The notes beneath the pieces were generated by a model. It was not told the origin of the DNA. It did not search any database and saw only the letters and a program-made list of their open reading frames with translations. The translations under genes were made by a program, and so were the position numbers. 64,000 nucleotides of DNA, from NCBI GenBank assembly GCA_023245145.1, contig JAHFKW010000002.1, positions 54,601 through 118,600 on the forward strand, written 5' to 3'. Below, piece by piece: positions 47,059 through 54,539 of this stretch (position 1 is its first letter; every line of letters starts with the position of its first letter). The DNA is from Candidatus Staskawiczbacteria bacterium. Its GTDB lineage: Bacteria; Patescibacteriota; Minisyncoccia; Minisyncoccales; Staskawiczbacteraceae.

Positions 47059-47487
47059 TCAGCTATGGCTTTTATTGATTAGACCTCGGGCAATATTGAC
47101 GGCCTGTTGAAATAGGTTAAACTTTTGAGTAGTAAATGGGATTGCATAGTTACTTTTCCAGGCACTACTCTGTTTTTGTGCCCAATATCCAAGATTTGCA
47201 TTTTGTGTAGCTGCTGAAATTACCTCTAAGGTTCCCGTAATTAGATTTTTCTTAATCTCAATACCTACTACATTACGGTAATCGAAAGCAGTGCAACGTC
47301 CTCCGAACGTATTACCGGTCATGTAGCCCCATTTTATAATGTAAATATGACGGTCTGTAAGCACGAAAGCTTGTCCCCATGGCGCCTTTAGTTTTACGAC
47401 GATCTTCTCACTTGGCTGCATATTTGCGGCAAGATGTTTTTCACCACGCGATCCTAACGATTCGATGAGAGAAGTATTATTATTCAT
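47059..47487 (-). CDS. bacterial PH-domain-like (YokE-type) protein, start trimmed to MNNNTSL...
   Basis: GEKHLAANMQPSEKIVVKLKAPWGQAFVLTDRHIYIIKWG...FDYRNVVGIEIKKNLITGTLEVI follows the bPH pattern as I recall it. Confidence 0.4.
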   Translation of the reverse strand: MNNNTSLIESLGSRGEKHLAANMQPSEKIVVKLKAPWGQAFVLTDRHIYIIKWGYMTGNTFGGRCTAFDYRNVVGIEIKKNLITGTLEVISAATQNANLGYWAQKQSSAWKSNYAIPFTTQKFNLFQQAVNIARGLINKSHS

Positions 47488-47751
47488 GGTTTTTATTTTT
47501 AATAATATTTGACTGCGGGTAAACAAAAAGTCCACCACAGGTAGCGGCCGAAGCCGCCCATATAGGTTTCCCTATACGACCGAACAAACGGATCCCATGA
47601 TGGATTCTTTATGTTTGTTCGGATTTTTTACCATGCCCATAGAAAAACCCATGGGTTTAGGCAAACGATATTAAATTGTTGCTTGATTATAGCTTCTTTC
47701 GGGTTTCTTATCAACTCTTGTAAATCCTTACAATAAAATCATTCTGCACAT

Positions 47752-47960
47752 TTGACAATATCTTTGGACCTGCTAAAATGGAGGCAAGGTAGTGTTCTTT
47801 CAAGGAAATAAATAGAAAAACAAAAACTTTTCGTAACCTCTTCAGAGCAACTTTTGAGGCAACTCAACGACAAAAGTAGGTTCGTCACGTGTTAGTGGCG
47901 GCTCTTCTTTTGTTTTTGGAAAAAAGCAAGACCCTACAAACACATAGGGTCTTTTTGTTG
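47752..47960 (+). ncRNA. candidate ~170-nt sRNA (consensus promoter to intrinsic terminator, no ORF)
   Basis: TTGACA (47752-57), 16 nt, TAAAAT (47774-79). Terminator agacccta/tagggtct plus ttttgtt (47929-60). The only ATG gives 4 codons. Confidence 0.35.
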
Positions 47961-47963
47961 TAG

Positions 47964-48397
47964 ATAATCTTGAACGCCAAAAATCCAAGGAAGCCCATTG
48001 CTCACTTGGCAAGTCTTAGAACTGGCGTTCAAGAACTTGCTAAGCGAATAGTGGGCTTCTTTATTTTTTCTAACAATACTCTTGCCCGAGCAGATGAGAT
48101 CGCTCGTCTATTCAGGCAAGAGAATTAAAATCTCTTGGAGCAAATACTATCACTGAGTATCAGTGACTATTCAAGCCCTAGGGCGAATTCCATAGGGGGC
48201 TTGTAAATCAAAATAGCTATGGACTTGATAATAACTGCCTTATACGGGAAGCATTATCAAAACACTGATCACGTTAAAGCTAAATGTTCTTGGGAGTGAT
48301 CAGGTTTACGGCTCGGAAGCGATAGTATCCAAGTTAGAGCAAGAGCTAAGTCGTCTCCCAGAGAAAAGGGATAAAAGACGCTGCGAACTTCTGGAAT
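47964..48397 (+). pseudogene. possible decayed coding remnants in three frames
   Basis: Hand translation gives protein-like stretches interrupted by stops and frameshifts: ...NPRKPIAHLASLRTGVQELAKRIVGFFIFSNNTLARADEIARLFRQEN*, ...DLIITALYGKHYQNTDHVKAK, then with a shift VLGSDQVYGSEAIVSKLEQELSRLPEKRDKRRCELLE*. Confidence 0.25.
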
Positions 48398-48490
48398 GAA
48401 AATTCCTTGGGGGTAAGGGGGCTCTTGAAATTCAGCCATACCGGGAAGCAGTTATCAAAAGGTCGAAAAGTTAACAAAAAAATAAAACTT

Positions 48491-48634
48491 ATGAACAAAA
48501 CATCACAAAGTTTAGCAAGCAAAAAACTTGAGGAAGAAATCAGCAAGAGCTATGCGACGCATTACAGAAAGCAGCATTCAGAATCTATCAAGAGAGGTTT
48601 AGCGGCGGCAAAGGCAAGAAAAAAATCTTTTTAA
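48491..48634 (+). CDS. small basic hypothetical protein (internal start of track ORF 48407-48634)
   Basis: MNKTSQSLASKKLEEEISKSYATHYRKQHSESIKRGLAAAKARKKSF; weak support. Confidence 0.3.
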   Translation: MNKTSQSLASKKLEEEISKSYATHYRKQHSESIKRGLAAAKARKKSF

Positions 48635-48668
48635 CAGGGAATAATTAATAAAAACACTCGACCCTCTC

Positions 48669-49088
48669 ATGTTATCGCACGAAGCCATAAAAAAATACCA
48701 GAAGATTTACCGCAAGCTATTCGGAATAGAAATCTCTCTCGAAGAAGCGGCTGAACAAGCAACACGACTCTTGAATGTAGCCCGCGTTGTTTTTCAGCCC
48801 ATGCCAAAATCATTTGAAAAACGATATAACGAATTACTGCAAGAAAAGCATTTGAAAGCTCAAAGAGAGAAAATCATCTACCAGAAAGTAAAGCCAAGAC
48901 TGCAATACGTTTACGCGACAGACGTTTGTGCAGAAGCCGATTACATGCAATCCGTGGCTGGCGATAACTTGCAAACGAATAACCGTGGCCTTGTCACAGA
49001 TCTTTTGGCTTTGAGGCAAAGCTGTGCAATAATGCTGGGCTTCGGAGCCAGCAGAGGAATTACGGCAGCTAATTTGGCGTGCGGATAG
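48669..49088 (+). CDS. hypothetical protein upstream of the recombinase
   Basis: 139-aa ORF. The N-terminal ~75 aa are helical and protein-like, while the C-terminal part looks less so, so the real end is uncertain. Confidence 0.4.
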   Translation: MLSHEAIKKYQKIYRKLFGIEISLEEAAEQATRLLNVARVVFQPMPKSFEKRYNELLQEKHLKAQREKIIYQKVKPRLQYVYATDVCAEADYMQSVAGDNLQTNNRGLVTDLLALRQSCAIMLGFGASRGITAANLACG

Positions 49089-49130
49089 GATTGCTATGTC
49101 ACACGGACCCGCTATAATGTTAATAATGTT

Positions 49131-50873
49131 ATGAAAAAACAAGAAATCATAAAACTTGCGGGCTATTTTAGAAAGTCCTCTGAAGACAATGATCGTCAGA
49201 TTTTAAGTATTCCGGCACAAATTCCATGGGCTGAAAACCTAGTAGCGCGCCTCGGTCTAGAAATGCAAGAAATATTCAAAGAAGAACGCTCGGCAACGAC
49301 ACCCTACCGACGACCGGAATTTGACAACCTCGTCGCAAAAATCAGAAGTGGAACAATTAATGCGATTGTTTGCTGGAAACTTGACCGTCTCGCCCGTAAT
49401 CCCGAAGAAGCAGGTATTATTCTTGGCCTACTAAAGCGAGGAGAACTCAAGCGCATCATAACCAATGACCGCGAGTATCGTCCTGAAGACAATACTATTA
49501 TTTCTTACGTGGACTTCGGCATGGCTGATCAGTTTTCCCGTGATTTAAGTAAAAATGTAAAACGTGGTCTGTGGCAAAAAGCCAGCGCAGGTGAACGGCC
49601 GGGCGCCCTTCCTCTGGGCTACATTCAAAAACCGGGCATGGCTAGAGGTGAAGCAGTAAACATTCCCGATCCGGATCGATTTGAACTGGTAGAGCGCATG
49701 TTTCATCTTTTTTTAGCCGGCACCTACTCTGTCAGGGAATTGCAACGAGAAACAGTAAAATGGGGACTTAAAACTCGGCAAACCAAGCGACAAGGAGGTA
49801 AAGATGTTAGTATTTCCCAAATTTACAATATGCTGGGAGACCCATTTTATTGTCGCTTGTATTGGTGGATGAATAACGATACCGGAGAAATTGAACAGCG
49901 CATTGGCAATCACAAAGCGATGATTACCGAAGAAGAACACGAAATCATTTTAAGAAAACTGGGTAATAGAAGAAAATCAAGGCCAAAGAATAAAAACAAG
50001 CAACTCCCCTACCTTGGAAAAATGGAATGTGGAGAGTGTGGCTGTGCAGTTACCGGAGAAGATAAATACCAAATTATTTGCACCATTTGTAAAAGAAAAT
50101 CAGCGCTCACCGACAAAAGAAAAGATTGTCCGGGATGTAGCACAAAAATTGAAGAAATGAGAGAACCGAAAATTCTCCATTACATTTATTATCATTGCAC
50201 CAAGAGAAAAAATCGAAAATGCACTCAGTATTCGGTAACAGTGGGACAACTGGAAAAAATAGTTGATTCGGCTATTGAAGAATTCACACTCTCTGAAGCC
50301 TTCACGACATGGGCGCTGGAGGAACTCGAAAAAGATACTAATTACCAAATCAAAAGCCAAAACACCGTCATCAACTCGCAGCAAGAGCAATACAAGATCA
50401 CCGTCGCCTCACTCCAAAACCTTACGAAACTCTACACCTCACCCAAAAACGTGAATGGTGCGTTGCTTTCCATGGAAGAATACCAAACGCAACGAGAAGA
50501 ACTCCTTGCAGAAAAAAAGCGACTCGAGAAAGATCAACAAGTCACAGGACGCAAAATTGAAGAATGGATTGATTGGGCGACTAACTCTTTTGACTTTGCA
50601 ACAGCCGCAAGGGTTTGGTTTGAAAAGGGATCACCCCAACAGAAACGAGACATCTTCTTCTCGCTCTCCGGTTCGAACCTAATTTTGAAAGATGAAAAGC
50701 TAGGTATTTCCCTAAAGAAACCACTAGACTTCTATTCCGCCATCGCAATTGCTTACCCTTCAACAAAAATCAGGTTAGAACCTGAAAAAATGACCCAAAA
50801 TGAAGCTAAATACCTTCCTTTCGCGGCAGATATTCCACGCTTGCAGGGGAACTGGGAATCGAACCCAGGCTAA
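49131..50873 (+). CDS. large serine recombinase
   Basis: Resolvase catalytic domain (AGYFRKSSEDNDRQILSIPAQ, WKLDRLARN), a recombinase domain, Cys-rich zinc ribbon (CGECGCAVTGE...YYHCTKRKNRKC) and a coiled-coil tail; 580 aa. Confidence 0.85.
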   Translation: MKKQEIIKLAGYFRKSSEDNDRQILSIPAQIPWAENLVARLGLEMQEIFKEERSATTPYRRPEFDNLVAKIRSGTINAIVCWKLDRLARNPEEAGIILGLLKRGELKRIITNDREYRPEDNTIISYVDFGMADQFSRDLSKNVKRGLWQKASAGERPGALPLGYIQKPGMARGEAVNIPDPDRFELVERMFHLFLAGTYSVRELQRETVKWGLKTRQTKRQGGKDVSISQIYNMLGDPFYCRLYWWMNNDTGEIEQRIGNHKAMITEEEHEIILRKLGNRRKSRPKNKNKQLPYLGKMECGECGCAVTGEDKYQIICTICKRKSALTDKRKDCPGCSTKIEEMREPKILHYIYYHCTKRKNRKCTQYSVTVGQLEKIVDSAIEEFTLSEAFTTWALEELEKDTNYQIKSQNTVINSQQEQYKITVASLQNLTKLYTSPKNVNGALLSMEEYQTQREELLAEKKRLEKDQQVTGRKIEEWIDWATNSFDFATAARVWFEKGSPQQKRDIFFSLSGSNLILKDEKLGISLKKPLDFYSAIAIAYPSTKIRLEPEKMTQNEAKYLPFAADIPRLQGNWESNPG

Positions 50874-50914
50874 AGGTTTTGGAGACCTTTGTGATACCAC
50901 TTCACCATTCCCCT
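50844..50914 (-). tRNA. tRNA-Trp (anticodon CCA), no encoded CCA end
   Basis: Hand-drawn: AGGGGAA-TG-GTGA-AGTGGTA-TCAC-A-AAGGT-CTCCAAA-ACCTT-TAGC-CTGGG-TTCGATT-CCCAG-TTCCCCT-G. The 3' 30 nt overlap the recombinase ORF end in antisense. Confidence 0.85.
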
Positions 50915-50924
50915 ATTTTAATTT

Positions 50925-50953
50925 ATAATATCTAAATTTTACTGTTTCGTCAA
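50925..50953 (-). promoter_or_regulatory. tRNA-Trp promoter
   Basis: Minus strand: TTGACG (50948-53), 17 nt, TATTAT (50925-30), 10 nt before the mature 5' end. Confidence 0.55.
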
Positions 50954-50990
50954 AAAAATTCCCCCTCCTTGACTCTCGTCAAAGCGGGGG
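50952..50990 (-). terminator. strong intrinsic terminator after the lipoprotein gene
   Basis: ccccc..tttgac-gaga-gtcaagg..ggggg stem, then aattttttt on the minus strand. Confidence 0.7.
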
Positions 50991-50995
50991 TTAGC

Positions 50996-51808
50996 TCATT
51001 TCTTAGGAATATCCTCTTTGAGAAGTTTTTTCTCAAAGAAAGCTTTATTCCTCAAAAGAGCTGCTTCGAAAGCCAGTCGCCGTTCTTTCTGAAATTCAGC
51101 GAATCTGGCCAATTCGTTTTTATAGTGTTCATCATAGCCTGGTTTCATCACCAAGCTAGACGACCAAACGTTGCGAGCCACTTCCTTATGCTCACCATAG
51201 AAACAGTATGCTTTCAGCTCCCCATCTTTCTTGCTCATCTCCCTCGCCTGCAACGCGTAAAACTTACCACGTTGCACATTACAATAGGCCTCGAATTCGG
51301 TCTTTTCAATGTGATGATAGTGTCCCCACTCTTCCGAAACTAGGCCCTTCTTTACTTCCGGAGGTTTTTTAGGTGGTGGAGGTGGAAGTGCAGGCTTTTT
51401 CTTTTCACGCTCCTCCGCCGCTTTTTCGAGTGCCTCCTTAAGCTTTCTTTCGTACTCTGGCCGTAATCTTTCTTCCGCCTTTTTTGTGGCTTCAGCCAGA
51501 AGCTCATCGTCCTTGACTTTCTTGATTGCCTCCTCTTTCCTTAGACGATTCAACTCCTCCTCGACAGCAATGTCAAGAATAGCCTTCTCTTTCTTCGCCT
51601 TTTCCATGGCACGGAATGCCGCTGCATCTCTTGCATCGGCTTCCGCTTTTTTCTTAGCGGCATTTTCCTCCGGAAATGGTTCAACGATAACCTTGGGAGC
51701 AATCACCGCCGGCGGACTAGGCGGTGAACTTTTTTTCTCCTCTTTTGAGCAGCCAACAAAACCAGTAAGAGAAACCAAAAAAACCGCCAAAACCAGTTTA
51801 CGAAACAT
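50996..51808 (-). CDS. lipoprotein with charged coiled-coil and Pro-rich linker, unknown C-terminal domain
   Basis: Signal peptide plus lipobox-like LTGFVGC, Lys/Glu/Ala-rich region and PALPPPPPKKPPE. SD aaggag and promoter TTGACA-17-TACAGT (51887-51915). GC-richer. Confidence 0.65.
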   Translation of the reverse strand: MFRKLVLAVFLVSLTGFVGCSKEEKKSSPPSPPAVIAPKVIVEPFPEENAAKKKAEADARDAAAFRAMEKAKKEKAILDIAVEEELNRLRKEEAIKKVKDDELLAEATKKAEERLRPEYERKLKEALEKAAEEREKKKPALPPPPPKKPPEVKKGLVSEEWGHYHHIEKTEFEAYCNVQRGKFYALQAREMSKKDGELKAYCFYGEHKEVARNVWSSSLVMKPGYDEHYKNELARFAEFQKERRLAFEAALLRNKAFFEKKLLKEDIPKK

Positions 51809-52001
51809 GAAAAACTCCTTATCGCAATTTCAAAGGGCGAACTGCCCGAATAGACAGCAGATTACACGTTTGCCATCCATATCTTAACTGTACTACTTAT
51901 AATCTTAACTGTCAAGCATCGTCGGTTTATTTACGGTTTTATAAGAATCGCCCGGTTATCCTGGCATCTGGAAGATAAATATTGGCGGGCTTAATATAAC
52001 A

Positions 52002-54293
52002 CTACAACTTCTTACCTTTAATCCTTAACGAATTTGTTACCACTGACACGCTTGAAAACGCCATGGCCAAGCCCGCAAATACGGGACTTAACAGCCAGCC
52101 AAAGATTGGGTAAAACAATCCTGCGGCAAGCGGGATGCCAACGATATTGTAAATAAAAGCCCAAAAGAGATTTTGCTTGATACCGCGCATGGTCATCTTT
52201 GAGAGCTTGATGGCTTTGACTAATTTTGAAATATCACCGCCAAGCAACGTGATGCCAGCCGATTCGATAGCTACATCGGTTCCAGTTGCCATAGCAATGC
52301 CTACATCGGCCTGGGCTAATGCTGGAGCGTCATTTACTCCATCTCCTGCCATTGCCACAATTTTATTATTTGCTTGAAGCTCTTTTATTTTATCAATTTT
52401 ATTTTCAGGAGTTGCTTCTGCTACGACCTCATCAATACCAACTTTATCGGCAATGTATTTTGCCGTGTTTTTATTGTCTCCGGTTAGCATCACTACCTTA
52501 ATACCGAGTTTCTGCAACTTTTCAACTGCTTTAATCGATTCGGGTTTTATAGCGTCAGCAACCATAATAATGCCGAGTATTTTTTCTTTCGTGGCAAGGA
52601 TTACGGGAGTTTTTCCTTCAAGAGTTTCTTTTTCTATCAAATTTTTATCAAAAGAAATTTTTAAATCTTCTAAAAGTTTAGTGTTTCCTGCAAAATATTC
52701 TTTTTTATTTATTACTCCTTTTAAGCCCTTGCCTTTCATGGCTTCAAAATTATTGACTGGCAATAAAGATAATTTTTTTGCTTTAGCATAAGAAACAACT
52801 GCATGGGCGATGGGGTGTTCTGATTTATTTTCTAGAGACGCCAGAATAGAAATTATTTCGTCATCACTCTTTTCGGAAAAGTTTTTGATGGATACCAGCT
52901 CTGGCTTCCCCTTCGTAATAGTTCCTGTTTTATCAACCACTACCACATTTACTTTGTGGAGTTTTTCAAGTGTGGCTGCATCCTTGATGAGAATGCCTTC
53001 CTTGGCGCCCTTTCCAACGCCGACAATAATGGCAGTTGGCGTGGCCAGACCCAAGGCACAGGGACATGCAATGACTAAAATGCCAACAAAAGAAACTAAC
53101 CCGTATGAAAGAGCCTGCGAGAATCCAAGATAATATGTTCCTAAAACAAGCCACGTTCCAAGAGATACAAATGCCAAGACTAATACTACTGGCACAAATA
53201 CACTTGAAATCTTATCAGCCAGGGCTTGTATGGGTGCTTTACTTCCTTGAGCTTCTTGAACCATGGCAATAATATGAGCCAGCATTGTTTCAGAACCGAC
53301 TTTTGTCGCCTTAAACGTAAATGAGCCACTGGTATTAATAGTTCCTGCAGCCACAGTGTCTCCCATATTTTTTTCTACTGGCATTGGCTCTCCCGTCACC
53401 ATAGATTCATCAATAAACGAAGACCCTTCAACGATAACTCCATCAACAGGAATCTTGCCTGCTGGCTTTACAATAATTTGATCGCCATGTTTTACGTCAT
53501 TGACTGGGACTTCCATTTCTTTACCATCATGAATAACCAGTGCTGTTTTAGCCTGCATATTTAAGAGTTTTTCTATGGCGTCCCCCGTTTTCAATTTTGA
53601 TTTCGCCTCCAAATACTTTCCCAGAGCGATAAATGTGATGACGACGATAGTAACATCGTAATAAGTATGAGTTGTTTTTATATACGCCGAAAGCGGAGCT
53701 TCAAATGCAGTAATAATAAAACTATAAACATAGGCAACTGATGTACCTATGCCGATGAGCGTATCCATATTCGCTTTTCCATAGCGCAGGAATCGGTAAA
53801 ATCCTAAAAGATAAGGTTTGCCCACCACAAAAAGAGTGTAGGTAGCCATCAATGGCAACAAGTGATGAAAAAATTCTGACCAAAAGTATGGAATACCAGG
53901 TGCAATTTTAAATTGTCCCAAAATTTCCCAACCCATTACAAAAATACTGAACATGGCAAGCGGAATAGCAGATAATACCTGATTTCGCTGAGTCTGTATT
54001 TCTTTTAACTTTTCTTCTTTTGACTGGTTAAGTCCAAGATGCTGTGCGTGTTCACTTGCACTCATACCCATTTCGTGTGCTGTCGGCATGACTAAAGAAT
54101 AGCCCAAAGGTTCAATTTTCTTTGAAAGATTTTCGGGCGTTACTTTTGACTCATCAAAAGAAACTTTTACCGATTCGTTTCCATAATTCGCTTCAGCCAA
54201 AACCACCCCATCAGTTTTCTTGAATTTTCTTTCAATGATGCTGGCGCAGGAAGCGCAGTGCATGCCCTTAACTTTGAATGTTTTGTTTTCCAT
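52002..54293 (-). CDS. copA: copper-translocating P1B-type ATPase
   Basis: N-terminal HMA (GMHCASCA), CPC motif (ACPCALGLATP), DKTGT, HP, GDGVNDAPAL; 763 aa. Confidence 0.95.
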   Translation of the reverse strand: MENKTFKVKGMHCASCASIIERKFKKTDGVVLAEANYGNESVKVSFDESKVTPENLSKKIEPLGYSLVMPTAHEMGMSASEHAQHLGLNQSKEEKLKEIQTQRNQVLSAIPLAMFSIFVMGWEILGQFKIAPGIPYFWSEFFHHLLPLMATYTLFVVGKPYLLGFYRFLRYGKANMDTLIGIGTSVAYVYSFIITAFEAPLSAYIKTTHTYYDVTIVVITFIALGKYLEAKSKLKTGDAIEKLLNMQAKTALVIHDGKEMEVPVNDVKHGDQIIVKPAGKIPVDGVIVEGSSFIDESMVTGEPMPVEKNMGDTVAAGTINTSGSFTFKATKVGSETMLAHIIAMVQEAQGSKAPIQALADKISSVFVPVVLVLAFVSLGTWLVLGTYYLGFSQALSYGLVSFVGILVIACPCALGLATPTAIIVGVGKGAKEGILIKDAATLEKLHKVNVVVVDKTGTITKGKPELVSIKNFSEKSDDEIISILASLENKSEHPIAHAVVSYAKAKKLSLLPVNNFEAMKGKGLKGVINKKEYFAGNTKLLEDLKISFDKNLIEKETLEGKTPVILATKEKILGIIMVADAIKPESIKAVEKLQKLGIKVVMLTGDNKNTAKYIADKVGIDEVVAEATPENKIDKIKELQANNKIVAMAGDGVNDAPALAQADVGIAMATGTDVAIESAGITLLGGDISKLVKAIKLSKMTMRGIKQNLFWAFIYNIVGIPLAAGLFYPIFGWLLSPVFAGLAMAFSSVSVVTNSLRIKGKKL

Positions 54294-54300
54294 GGTTTTA

Positions 54301-54536
54301 TTAAGAATTTAGTTCAACTTTGTATTGACCCAACCCTTCAACCTCTTTTTTGAATTCTTGCAAATTAGCATCTTCATCGTATTCAATTTCGGTTTTTCCG
54401 GTTGCAAAATCAACGACACAAGAGTTAATGCCCTGTATGTCTTTTGCAACATCCTCAATGAGTGCTTTGCAGGCATTACAATGAGTGCTTTGCAGGCATT
54501 ACAATGAGTCCCTTGAATAGTAATAGTAGTTTTCAT
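54301..54536 (-). pseudogene. copZ: copZ-like HMA metallochaperone disrupted by a 23-bp tandem duplication
   Basis: Two tandem 23-bp copies of caatgagtgctttgcaggcatta lie in 54456-54501, with a partial third repeat to 54509. Removing one copy restores a 70-aa HMA protein MKTTITIQGTHCNACKALIEDVAKDIQGINSCVVDFATGKTEIEYDEDANLQEFKKEVEGLGQYKVELNS ending at 54301. Confidence 0.8.
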
Positions 54537-54539
54537 TAA

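Larger units (their letters stand above)
39420..50873. mobile_element. putative integrated element with large serine recombinase at its right end (left boundary approximate)
   Basis: Between the core genes at 39316 and tRNA-Trp at 50844-50914 there are no housekeeping genes. Composition is mosaic and visibly GC-richer. The recombinase is terminal and its ORF runs 30 nt into the tRNA. Flanking repeats were not found. Confidence 0.55.

Noticed and set aside
48491-48634. SESIKRGLAAAKARKK resembles the E-helix/linker (ER.K.GLAAA.ARG.K) of small serine resolvases, hinting at a resolvase remnant.
   Set aside because: The similarity covers only about 15 residues, and the upstream fragments do not resemble a resolvase catalytic domain. 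This is insufficient evidence.
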